Origin: a virus
Lineage: Duplodnaviria > Caudoviricetes
Strand: one strand, 5' to 3'
Length of the DNA stretch: 64,000 nt
IMG/VR virus record: IMGVR_UViG_3300020042_012633
Span: 1-64,000 of that record
Shown piece after piece: positions 23,984-32,701 of the stretch. The position numbers and the translations under genes are program-made. Each line of letters begins with the position of its first letter. Positions within the stretch are counted from its first letter, which is position 1. Below the pieces are notes generated by a model that was not told the origin of the DNA, searched no databases, and worked only from the letters and a program-made list of their open reading frames with translations.

Positions 23984-24304
23984 TTATTTATATTTTGATA
24001 CCCTTATTGAATACCTATACGTAAGCATTACTGGGCTGGGTGGTCTAGTTATTTTTGATGCAGGTATACCTTGTTCTTTTAGTTTTTCTGCAGCCTCATC
24101 TCTGTCAGATTTTTCCTTAAAATACATAACAAGATGGCCATTTATAGTTTCAGCAGCTTTTGCACCTATCTTACTTGGGTCTTTTATGTACATGTTTTTT
24201 ACCTCTTCAAAAGGTTTTGTTTCTGCTGCTTCTTCGTTTAACATTTTTGAATTAGTAGTTAATTTGTTTTCTACTAAGAATTTTTTTAAATTAAAATTTT
24301 CCAT
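23984..24304 (-). CDS. Hypothetical protein with MENFNLKKFLVE leader (candidate head-packaged protein)
   Basis: 106 aa. Confidence 0.75.
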   Translation of the reverse strand: MENFNLKKFLVENKLTTNSKMLNEEAAETKPFEEVKNMYIKDPSKIGAKAAETINGHLVMYFKEKSDRDEAAEKLKEQGIPASKITRPPSPVMLTYRYSIRVSKYK

Positions 24305-24308
24305 TTGT

Positions 24309-24764
24309 TTATAGTTCTATTATTCTAAATAATTTTGTGTTTACTCTTTTTAGCTCGTTCCCTTTTGTTAATAGGATGCAATTTTGATAGTCACTCCACT
24401 CTACTTTGAAGTTTGTATCCAATACCCCTCCATTTAAAGACTCGATAAGTCTATTGAGAGAATTGATTGTGTATAGAGTGTTTGATTCTTTTTTTCTATG
24501 AACTAGAATGGTATTATCTAAAAAATTAGATACGTTTCCAAATTCTACGTTATAGGTACAAATATATTCGTCTTGGCTCTTTGAATAAAGAACAAATATT
24601 TTATTGTATATGATTTTATATTTAGTCTGGATTGTGGTTAGTAATCCATCTAAGTTACTTTCTGTTGAGAAGGTACAAAATAATTTATTTGACATTCCTG
24701 TATCTTTGTAATCGTATTCGATATCGTAATCGAATTGTGGCGTATATGAGCTGCTTTGAGTCAT
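24309..24764 (-). CDS. Hypothetical phage protein (true start possibly MSNKLF at 24695)
   Basis: LFCTF..HRKKESNTLYTINSLN; TATTTAT motif at 24767-24773 is only 3 nt from the annotated ATG. Confidence 0.8.
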   Translation of the reverse strand: MTQSSSYTPQFDYDIEYDYKDTGMSNKLFCTFSTESNLDGLLTTIQTKYKIIYNKIFVLYSKSQDEYICTYNVEFGNVSNFLDNTILVHRKKESNTLYTINSLNRLIESLNGGVLDTNFKVEWSDYQNCILLTKGNELKRVNTKLFRIIEL

Positions 24765-24783
24765 TAATAAATAGGATTTTGTT

Positions 24784-26109
24784 TTACAAAACTAAGTTGG
24801 TACTGTATTTGAATTTGATTGGGTACTTCTGTCCCTGGTTCATTATCTGTTCTAACGATTCTAACGTGTCTTTTCCGTCTTCTTTATCGAAATCGAACAC
24901 AAATGCATCGTAAGTATAAAGCGCTAGCTTGGTTTTCTTTTTTTGAAGAAACATTAACACATCCTTTAAGATAGTGATATTTCTTGAAGTTTCCAAGCTC
25001 TGCATCATATAATTCATAAGTTTCTGCGGATGCATGTCAGGAAGTTGTTGTGTAAACCTTTTTCCTGAGATTGGATCTTCTACATAGCCTTGCTCCTGAA
25101 ATTGCTTCCACAATGTGTCTATGTATGTTTGTATTTTATCAAACACTTCAAGGAAAGCATACTCAGGTGGAATTTTTCCATAAATTGCATGGAAGTTGAT
25201 TTGTTTTGCTTTTGCATACTCATCCTCAGCTATTTCATCCTTTCCGAAATACAGTCTTGCTAATTGAACGTGAGCTGACTCTTGTGTTAGTTCATATCCT
25301 ATTTGTTCACATAAAAGACGTAAATGATAACCGTCAAAATCCATTTCTACAAATACATCGTTCTGAGGTATGATTGCTTTTCTAAACTCAGGTGCTTTAG
25401 GTATTGCTGCAAAGTTTACAGAGTTGAAAGCATTTGTAGGACGAGAAGTTGTATTATATAAATTATACGAAGTATATGCAATATTATCTTCAATATTATA
25501 TACCGGATTGTTTGGTTTAAATAAATCTATGAATGATTGGTATGTGATTCTTAATCCAGATCTTTCAATCATAAAGAAAACCAAAGTTGCAGTTTTATTG
25601 TAGAACTCAAAACCATTTGGTATTGCATATTGCAATATGGAATTTATACTATTGTAATTTTGTTCACACTTTTCAAATAACTTTGCTATAGGAATAATTG
25701 CATTTATTTCTTTAAACTCTTGGAAACGGTTATAATACCAATTACAAGTTGAGTTTGATCTTGGAAGTTCAAGCCTATTGTAATTTGTCATTGAATATAG
25801 TAAACTGATGTCTGTAACTGACGGTAATATAAAGTGGTACAGAAGTTCTTTTTTATCTAACGTAAAAAGAGTGGTGTATTCTTTTAAGATGTCGTAGACA
25901 CAATCTTTACTTAAGTTTAATCCCTCATCATGGGTTATGGGAAGAATATATCCCTCATGATAGTCTAACGGTCTTAGATAAACCGCTACTGTGGTTGTGA
26001 GAAGTGGATGATAGTTATCATTTGAAGAAATGACTTCTACGTATCCCCCCCTTGTACCTAAATTTTTTAGAAGTTGTATTTGATCTTCCGTCTCTACTAT
26101 ATAAAACAT
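24784..26109 (-). CDS. polA: Compact, divergent family A DNA polymerase
   Basis: TTSRPTN, motif A DFDGYHLR, motif B KQINFHAIYG, NYMMQ, motif C YTYDA; 441 aa. Confidence 0.85.
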   Translation of the reverse strand: MFYIVETEDQIQLLKNLGTRGGYVEVISSNDNYHPLLTTTVAVYLRPLDYHEGYILPITHDEGLNLSKDCVYDILKEYTTLFTLDKKELLYHFILPSVTDISLLYSMTNYNRLELPRSNSTCNWYYNRFQEFKEINAIIPIAKLFEKCEQNYNSINSILQYAIPNGFEFYNKTATLVFFMIERSGLRITYQSFIDLFKPNNPVYNIEDNIAYTSYNLYNTTSRPTNAFNSVNFAAIPKAPEFRKAIIPQNDVFVEMDFDGYHLRLLCEQIGYELTQESAHVQLARLYFGKDEIAEDEYAKAKQINFHAIYGKIPPEYAFLEVFDKIQTYIDTLWKQFQEQGYVEDPISGKRFTQQLPDMHPQKLMNYMMQSLETSRNITILKDVLMFLQKKKTKLALYTYDAFVFDFDKEDGKDTLESLEQIMNQGQKYPIKFKYSTNLVL

Positions 26110-26127
26110 TTCTTATAACCTTTAGTT

Positions 26128-26161
26128 TAAATATACGAAAAAAGGCTTACCGAAGCAAGCC
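26128..26161 (-). promoter_or_regulatory. Terminator of the tail operon fused to the polA promoter
   Basis: GGCTTGC-TTCG-GTAAGCC plus T6, with TTG-N20-TATATTTA. Confidence 0.85.
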
Positions 26162-26186
26162 TTGTTGTGTTTTATTTTATTTTTTA

Positions 26187-26843
26187 TTATTTTCTCAAAT
26201 CAAAATTTGCTTTTCGATCATTTTCTAATTGAGTGGCTGCATCAGGTTCGGTAAAGGTCTCTGATGTTAGTTGAGGTTTTTGGGTTGTTGCTGGATCTTC
26301 TACTAGGTATTTGTAATCTGTTATGAAAGTTGATATTCCTTTCATTTGGGATTCTAGTGCCTGTATTGTTTTTTTATTTTTAGATTCAGCTCCTTCGTAT
26401 GGATATTTTCCAAACATTTTATCTTCAGCTGGTCCTTTTACTATCCAATCTACTTCCATGAAGTTTCTGTTAGGAACTTGTTTTTTAGTTTGTAAGTAAG
26501 TTGCCTTATCTGTTTCAACTATTTTTTTATTATTTAGATCCTGCACAAAGTACCTTTTTGCTACCCCTTTTTCTTTTTCATTTTGAGTTAGTTTTTTTTG
26601 AAAGAACCCTGCAATAGTTGCTCCTAGTATTCCTATGCCTATTACAGCTACTGTATCTCTAAGGTTATTTGTTATCTTTTCTAATTCTATTTCAGTATCC
26701 ATAGGAGTCCTACCACTATAATACTTACCGTCTGATGTTTTTACGTAAGGTCCCCTGTATGGTTGTTGAGAAAGTTTTTCAGCAAAGGCTCCTAAACTTG
26801 CATTTTTAGGCTTTGAATATTTTGCTTCTGGATAGTATGGCAT
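26187..26843 (-). CDS. Hypothetical protein, last gene of the baseplate operon (start revised to MPYYPE)
   Basis: ORF-track start overlaps the hub gene; internal hydrophobic segment. Confidence 0.75.
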   Translation of the reverse strand: MPYYPEAKYSKPKNASLGAFAEKLSQQPYRGPYVKTSDGKYYSGRTPMDTEIELEKITNNLRDTVAVIGIGILGATIAGFFQKKLTQNEKEKGVAKRYFVQDLNNKKIVETDKATYLQTKKQVPNRNFMEVDWIVKGPAEDKMFGKYPYEGAESKNKKTIQALESQMKGISTFITDYKYLVEDPATTQKPQLTSETFTEPDAATQLENDRKANFDLRK

Positions 26844-26856
26844 GTTTATGTTTTTT

Positions 26857-29619
26857 TTAAGCGTACAGGTTTTTATCTTTTTCAATCTTACCCCAGTAGC
26901 TGTCAAACTTTTGCTGTCTGTCTGCTAATCCGTTTGTTCCTCCATTTACTCTCTTAGATACTGCTCTTACATTTGCATCCGAACTTCCAGCCTTTGCTAA
27001 CCCTGTTATTCCTCTTGAAAGGTATTTCCACCAGTAGCATGCTGAGTCTGCTGCAAAATAGTTGGACTCTAGGAGTTTTGAATTATTCATTATATCTGCT
27101 TTAGATCCTATAGACTTTAAATAGTTTTGGTATTGTTGGTAATTAGCTCTACCAGTAATTTGAATATATCCTCTTCCTTTAAACTTAACTCCATCACCCT
27201 TTTGGGTATTTCCTAAGGCTTTTCTTCCTTCGTAAGCTGCTCCTGATGCAAATTCTTTCTTCCATGCAAAACCTCCTGATTCGTGAGCACATTGTGCAAG
27301 GAAGTGAGCTCTTTCTAATGGAGAGGTAATTCCGTACCGTCTCATAGCTTCTACAAGTTCAGTTGGTGGAACCTTTGTTGGTTTAGACATACTTGACTGC
27401 CTTTCTACATTAGATTCTCTATTGGCAACATCTCTTGCTGTTATACCAGGTACTTGTCCTGCTGCTGCTACTTCATCGGCATCGGGAAGCTCTGTTGAGT
27501 AAAACTGCGTTGTAACAGAAGTTTCCCACTTATTTGAGGAATCTATATTATGTTCAAGACCTGTTATTATATATCCGAACTTGTCTTGATACTTACTTGG
27601 AAGTATTCCTGCTCCTATTTTAAATGCCTGCCCTATTATAAATCCACCTATTCCATCTAACTTAAATGAAAGTTCTACAGGAACAAGTCCTGGCATTGCT
27701 GCTTTGTTTTGGGTTCTGTATTTTTTTACTACATTTTCAATAGTCCATTCTGCATGCATGGTTTTGATAGATTCCATGTCTTCTTTTTTGTACCCATCAT
27801 TTGAATTAAATTTCATAAATAGCACCATTACATCTTCTACCCACTTAGCTGTCCTATCTGCTAGTTCTTGTTTAGCATTAGCTGCCGCAGTTTCGGCATC
27901 TTTATCTATTGTAGTTTTTACTACTTTTAGTCTATCTATTATTCCTGTATTCCATCTTAATATATTTTCTATATATTCATTTGTACCTGAAGCGCTACCT
28001 TGTGCTGCAATGGATATTTGAGATGCTATTTCGTTACTGATCTTACTGCTGATTCCTACATCAGTAAATACACTTCCTATTCCTGCTAAAGTAAATACCG
28101 GATGTGTTGCTGCATTTTCTGGTGTGTTGTTTCTATCAATTACTGACCATGTTCCTGCTTCATCTTCTTCATCATAGGCTAGTCCTAGATCGTTAATTCC
28201 TCCAAGTGCTGTATTAACTCCCTCAAGAATGCTTTCCGTAATATCATACATACTTTTATTAAACTTTCCATTTTCATCTAAAGCACCATCTAATGTGGAT
28301 TTTAAATAAGCAAGTGTTATATAGATATTAAGAACGTCCTCTACAACTCCTACAGGTGGAGTTCCGGTGTGTGGAGATGTTACTGATACAAAAGAGGGCT
28401 TAGCTAGTACGCAAACTGTTGGATCTATTGAAAAATGTTCAGGACTTGTAAGAAAGGTATTGGACTTTGCATAGTCTGTATTAAACCTAGCAATTACTCT
28501 ATCTGCAGTTCCTTTTGGCTTAGTAGGATCTACTGGTGATATTAATGTGTTAAATAGATCAAATAATAGTCTTAGCGATATCCAATGCGTTGGAATGTCT
28601 GTATCAATAAGTCCTCCCCAACTACCACCATCTAATTGTACATTCTGGTAGTATCCTACATGGTCTGAAAGAAGGCCATTACCAGGAGTTCCTAGTACTT
28701 CTTTTATTTTAGAGCTATCGAAACTAGTATCTGTAACTGTAGCCATTTTGTTTATGAAAAAATGGTACATACTTTTACGCTGCTCTTTTCCTGTTTCTGA
28801 ATCTACTGGTTCAAGTTGAGCTCCTCTTTGTGCTGGATCGAATCTTAGTTGTATAGATTCTAGGATTTCTCCTTGGGATATTATTGAAACGCTGCAGTCA
28901 TATCCTCCATCAGGTGTATAGCTCCATGAGAAGTTCTTAATATAGCCAATCATCCCCTCGTAGTTATTATCAGCAGATGTTCTTATTTGTTTAATTGAAG
29001 CTGCTACATTTGACATCTTTATCCCATTGGAAAAAAAGCCATTAGGTACTGTTTGAATATCTTTTTGAAGAGCTCCACTATTATTAACGTATAGAGAATG
29101 TCCCCACTCTAGGAGAACTGTATATCCTGGTCGAAGATATAGCTCCTCCATTAATTCAAAATCCTCCAGAGTCCAACACATAAACTTTACTTCCGCTTCT
29201 CTTAGCGTACCGTATGTATTTTTTGACTTTACATTCATAGAAGTTATTCCAGGCATTGGTCTTATTCCTGTACTATCCATTCTATTGTTATAGGCTGCAT
29301 TTTGATTATACGCTCCTGTAGTATCGATTCCTTTTCGTAATCCTCTAAGTGGGGTTTGTACTCCTCCAAGAAGTACGTTGTATCCTGCTCTTTTACTATC
29401 TCCTAAAATTTTAGTAGGATCCATTCCCCCTCTTAGTTGCTTAACTTGTCCAATAGATAGTGTATTCACTGAGGAAGACATTTTTATCCAACCAGTTTTT
29501 GAGTTTAGGTATAGTAGGTCTTCGTTTGTTCTTCCAACCTTTTTTTCTATGATCGCCTTCCTAGCTGCAATTTGATCAGCTACTAACGGTGAAACTGACT
29601 TGCCATGTGCTGTTGCCAT
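26857..29619 (-). CDS. Baseplate hub-like protein with C-terminal GH19 (chitinase/lysozyme-class) peptidoglycan hydrolase
   Basis: AHFLAQCAHESGGF..YEGRKALGN..GDGVKFKGRGYIQITGRANY..VNGGTNGLADR; position after the wedge gene. Confidence 0.85.
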   Translation of the reverse strand: MATAHGKSVSPLVADQIAARKAIIEKKVGRTNEDLLYLNSKTGWIKMSSSVNTLSIGQVKQLRGGMDPTKILGDSKRAGYNVLLGGVQTPLRGLRKGIDTTGAYNQNAAYNNRMDSTGIRPMPGITSMNVKSKNTYGTLREAEVKFMCWTLEDFELMEELYLRPGYTVLLEWGHSLYVNNSGALQKDIQTVPNGFFSNGIKMSNVAASIKQIRTSADNNYEGMIGYIKNFSWSYTPDGGYDCSVSIISQGEILESIQLRFDPAQRGAQLEPVDSETGKEQRKSMYHFFINKMATVTDTSFDSSKIKEVLGTPGNGLLSDHVGYYQNVQLDGGSWGGLIDTDIPTHWISLRLLFDLFNTLISPVDPTKPKGTADRVIARFNTDYAKSNTFLTSPEHFSIDPTVCVLAKPSFVSVTSPHTGTPPVGVVEDVLNIYITLAYLKSTLDGALDENGKFNKSMYDITESILEGVNTALGGINDLGLAYDEEDEAGTWSVIDRNNTPENAATHPVFTLAGIGSVFTDVGISSKISNEIASQISIAAQGSASGTNEYIENILRWNTGIIDRLKVVKTTIDKDAETAAANAKQELADRTAKWVEDVMVLFMKFNSNDGYKKEDMESIKTMHAEWTIENVVKKYRTQNKAAMPGLVPVELSFKLDGIGGFIIGQAFKIGAGILPSKYQDKFGYIITGLEHNIDSSNKWETSVTTQFYSTELPDADEVAAAGQVPGITARDVANRESNVERQSSMSKPTKVPPTELVEAMRRYGITSPLERAHFLAQCAHESGGFAWKKEFASGAAYEGRKALGNTQKGDGVKFKGRGYIQITGRANYQQYQNYLKSIGSKADIMNNSKLLESNYFAADSACYWWKYLSRGITGLAKAGSSDANVRAVSKRVNGGTNGLADRQQKFDSYWGKIEKDKNLYA

Positions 29620-29924
29620 TATCTTGTCTTGTTAACTTGTCTAAATAATTCTAGAGCTCCTTGTATGTCTGTTGGTATTCTCAATTGTACTCCTGGTTCT
29701 ACTATTAGTGATGCTCTTTCTGAATTATTGGCTGCTGCTATTACCCACCATAGAGTGTAGTCACTGTAAAACTGTTGTGCTAAATTATCATACCTATCCC
29801 CTCCTGTAGAGATCACGTAGTAGTCCTGGTCAGATAAAGGAATTTCCGGATAGATAGTATTCATTATGTACTCTACTCCATCTGTAGTTCTTAGCCTTGC
29901 TATGTCTCTATATCTGTTTGCCAT
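29619..29924 (-). CDS. Baseplate wedge / LysM-like small protein (T4 gp53 or tail X-like)
   Basis: GDRYDNLAQQFYSDYTLWWVIAAAN..PGVQLRIP. Confidence 0.8.
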   Translation of the reverse strand: MANRYRDIARLRTTDGVEYIMNTIYPEIPLSDQDYYVISTGGDRYDNLAQQFYSDYTLWWVIAAANNSERASLIVEPGVQLRIPTDIQGALELFRQVNKTR

Positions 29925-29928
29925 TTAA

Positions 29929-32445
29929 TTAGTATTTAACAATTTGGAGTTTTTTCTTTTTACTTTCCTCTAAATCTTTTTTATAATCTATACCTATTTG
30001 TTCTAGTGTTTTTTTAGGTACTAGTCCATTAGCCTTCATTGCTCTTTCAGAATCTGTCTTTATTCTAGAGTTTTGGGCTGTTCCAGTACTTTCCTGAACT
30101 CTTACTGGAACTACTTTTGGAGGTACAAAGTTATCTTTCTTCTCTTTTGGTACTGGTTTTACTTCTTTTTTCTTTTTAGTTTTAACAACTGCTTTATCTT
30201 CTTTAGGCTCTTTCATTTCTGTAAAATAAGGATATAATCCTGTTTGAGGGGCAAAGTCGTGAATTGGTTTAAATGATATAGAACATTTTAATAACATTGG
30301 TAAACTCTGTACATCATCATCATGATCATTAACCCCTCTTCCTAATTGAATTTCCCAAGGTGCATTTGGATCTAAACTATATTTTACAGAAGTTATTACT
30401 CCTGGTATATGGCTAAAGTACGAACCAATTGTTAATCTTGCAAGCGTCCCCCTCATTAGTCCTTTGTCTCCGTAAGTAGGTGCTGTAGCTGATGCTAGAT
30501 ATATCATTTTTCTATACATAGGCATTAGCTCTTCTCTACTTGCTGCTGCAATATTAAACGATACATTTATGTCTCGATCAAATCCTCCATAGGTATAAAA
30601 GTTTTCTGCTCTACCATTATACTTGCGTCCTTGCCAATCTGCACTATAGCTATCGTCTATTGAATCAATAAATGCTCGAAAGTGTAAAAACTGTGATCCA
30701 TCTGGTGTAATTAGTTCAAAGTAAAACTTGGCAAAGTCTTTTCCTATTGAGTCGAGAGAGGTTGTTGATGGTTCTAGGGCATTTAAAACATCCACTCCTG
30801 TTCGATCTGGATCTGTAATCCAGTAGTAGTTTGCTTTTTGATTTTTAGCTTTTTGAAAGTCTGTACCTGGTACTCCTAAAAATCCTTGATCTCCAAGCCT
30901 AACTCTTTTCTCTTTACGTACGTTGTTTAGGTATGCAATATCTGTATTAACACTATCTTGGTTAAAAGTTCCTACCGTATCCACTTGGGTAACTTCATTA
31001 ATTGCCCTAGCGTCTGATATGAAGCCGTCTGTATTTGTATCAACTTTAAGGCCAATTTGCTTATCATTTTTAACTGCACCTATATTCTCCTCTGTAAAAG
31101 TTCCTGTATATGGATCCTTCTTATTCCACTCTTTTTCTAATTTAGAAGGTGTGAATATTTCAATAGGGTCTGCAGTAGTTAGGTCATGTAGTTCGCCTAG
31201 TCGCACAGTTGTATTGTTCTGCTCACTTCCAGAAAGTGCTACTCTTATCGGTGATCCATTTAAGGTATTTTGTATATTCTCTTCAGTTTTTGTTTCTGTA
31301 TAGGTGGCGTACTGACTGTATCGATCTATACTGTTATTAAAGTTATCTTGCTCTCCTTGAAGCCAAGCTGCATCTCCATAGCCTATTCCTGATGACGCAA
31401 GAGTAGTTTCCTTTTGCGAACTATCCAAGGGAAAAATTGGGATAGGTGCTCCAGTCTGTGCATTGTTTATTGAAGTTTTTGCTTCTCTTTTTGTATAGGT
31501 ATTGTTGTAGGAGTAGGATGCACTTGATACGTTATTTGCTGAATTGGGGGATGCCCAGTCTTTTTGAGCTACTGTGTTTGATCTACTTTTTATAGAGCTT
31601 TGTACGCTAGGTGTTCCTGGTGTTGGTGTGGTTTGTACTGCACGTTTTATTGTTGGGCTAAGATCGCCAAATTCTTTTGTTGGTGGGCTACCAAATGTAA
31701 CAGGTTTTTTGTACCCAAGTGTTATTGGATTTCCTTCAACAGCATTATAGGCACTTAGTCTATTTGCATCATTTTCTGGTAAGGATTTATTTGGTTTTTC
31801 ATTTGCTGAAAGAGTACCTTCACCAACTGGTTGAACCTTTGAATAGTATGCAAATTTTGGTTCTACAGTAGAGTTACTAGGATTAACTATAGCCCCATTA
31901 TTTATAGTACTGCCTTGAGTAAAAAATTGGGATTCTACCTTTCCCTCTATAGGTTGTCCTTCTAAAGCTAAAGGTGCTCCTTCAACTCCTCCTGCTCCAA
32001 AAAATCTAGTAAACGCATTTGTGTTTCCTGGGTTTGCAGGCTGTAAGTAGGTGTCCGTCCTAAATCCTTTTAGGAAATGGGTTCCTGTACCGTTAATAGG
32101 AACCTGTGCTAGAGTTGATCCTACAATCTTAACTGTACCAACAAACGTACCGCCAATTTGCTGTAAGATTGCTCCTGCAACAGATTTTCCACCCTTTATT
32201 GCTTTGGACATTTTATCCTCTGCATTTATTTGTTGAAGCAGAGCTTCATTTGCTAAATACTTTAAGCCAGGTTTGCTCGCAAGCATTTGGACAATACGTG
32301 ACGTATCATCTATTCGCCTAGAAGCTTGTATACCTATTTTATCACTTAAAGGAGGGTTGTTTATGTCCTTAGTGACGTATGGTGTTTCACTTCCATAACG
32401 AAGACTTTTAAGGTCTGTTTGGAGATTGATTAGTCCGTTTGCCAT
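29929..32445 (-). CDS. Baseplate / tail tube-initiator-like protein
   Basis: C-terminal FRAFIDSIDDSYSADW..YNGRAENFYTY..FDRDINVSF resembles tube-initiator (P2 gpU/CIS) domains; position after tape measure. Confidence 0.6.
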   Translation of the reverse strand: MANGLINLQTDLKSLRYGSETPYVTKDINNPPLSDKIGIQASRRIDDTSRIVQMLASKPGLKYLANEALLQQINAEDKMSKAIKGGKSVAGAILQQIGGTFVGTVKIVGSTLAQVPINGTGTHFLKGFRTDTYLQPANPGNTNAFTRFFGAGGVEGAPLALEGQPIEGKVESQFFTQGSTINNGAIVNPSNSTVEPKFAYYSKVQPVGEGTLSANEKPNKSLPENDANRLSAYNAVEGNPITLGYKKPVTFGSPPTKEFGDLSPTIKRAVQTTPTPGTPSVQSSIKSRSNTVAQKDWASPNSANNVSSASYSYNNTYTKREAKTSINNAQTGAPIPIFPLDSSQKETTLASSGIGYGDAAWLQGEQDNFNNSIDRYSQYATYTETKTEENIQNTLNGSPIRVALSGSEQNNTTVRLGELHDLTTADPIEIFTPSKLEKEWNKKDPYTGTFTEENIGAVKNDKQIGLKVDTNTDGFISDARAINEVTQVDTVGTFNQDSVNTDIAYLNNVRKEKRVRLGDQGFLGVPGTDFQKAKNQKANYYWITDPDRTGVDVLNALEPSTTSLDSIGKDFAKFYFELITPDGSQFLHFRAFIDSIDDSYSADWQGRKYNGRAENFYTYGGFDRDINVSFNIAAASREELMPMYRKMIYLASATAPTYGDKGLMRGTLARLTIGSYFSHIPGVITSVKYSLDPNAPWEIQLGRGVNDHDDDVQSLPMLLKCSISFKPIHDFAPQTGLYPYFTEMKEPKEDKAVVKTKKKKEVKPVPKEKKDNFVPPKVVPVRVQESTGTAQNSRIKTDSERAMKANGLVPKKTLEQIGIDYKKDLEESKKKKLQIVKY

Positions 32446-32456
32446 TTACTGGTGTA

Positions 32457-32657
32457 TTATTTTGGTGGGTTGTCTGAGTACTTGCTTGGAGTTGCTCCGT
32501 CTAAGTCTAAATCAGATGGACTTTGGTCAATATCTGGCTGATCATTTATAGATGATTGAAAATGTAATGTTGATGTGTTTTCAGAACTTGGTATGTTGGA
32601 TGGTGTAGATCCTTGCAGTCCTAGATTTGATTTTGGTAATAAGTCTATTAGTCCCAT
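32457..32657 (-). CDS. Small virion-operon hypothetical protein
   Basis: 66 aa; TATTTAT motif at 32681-32687. Confidence 0.7.
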   Translation of the reverse strand: MGLIDLLPKSNLGLQGSTPSNIPSSENTSTLHFQSSINDQPDIDQSPSDLDLDGATPSKYSDNPPK

Positions 32658-32701
32658 ATTGTATATTTTTTTAGTTTATTATAAATAGTTTGTTATCAAG
32701 G

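Noticed and set aside
4286-26906. ORF-track starts at 4693, 7018, 8938, 16331, 16867 and 26906
   Set aside because: They run through promoters, inverted repeats or neighbouring genes; downstream ATGs with A-rich context or signal peptides fit better.
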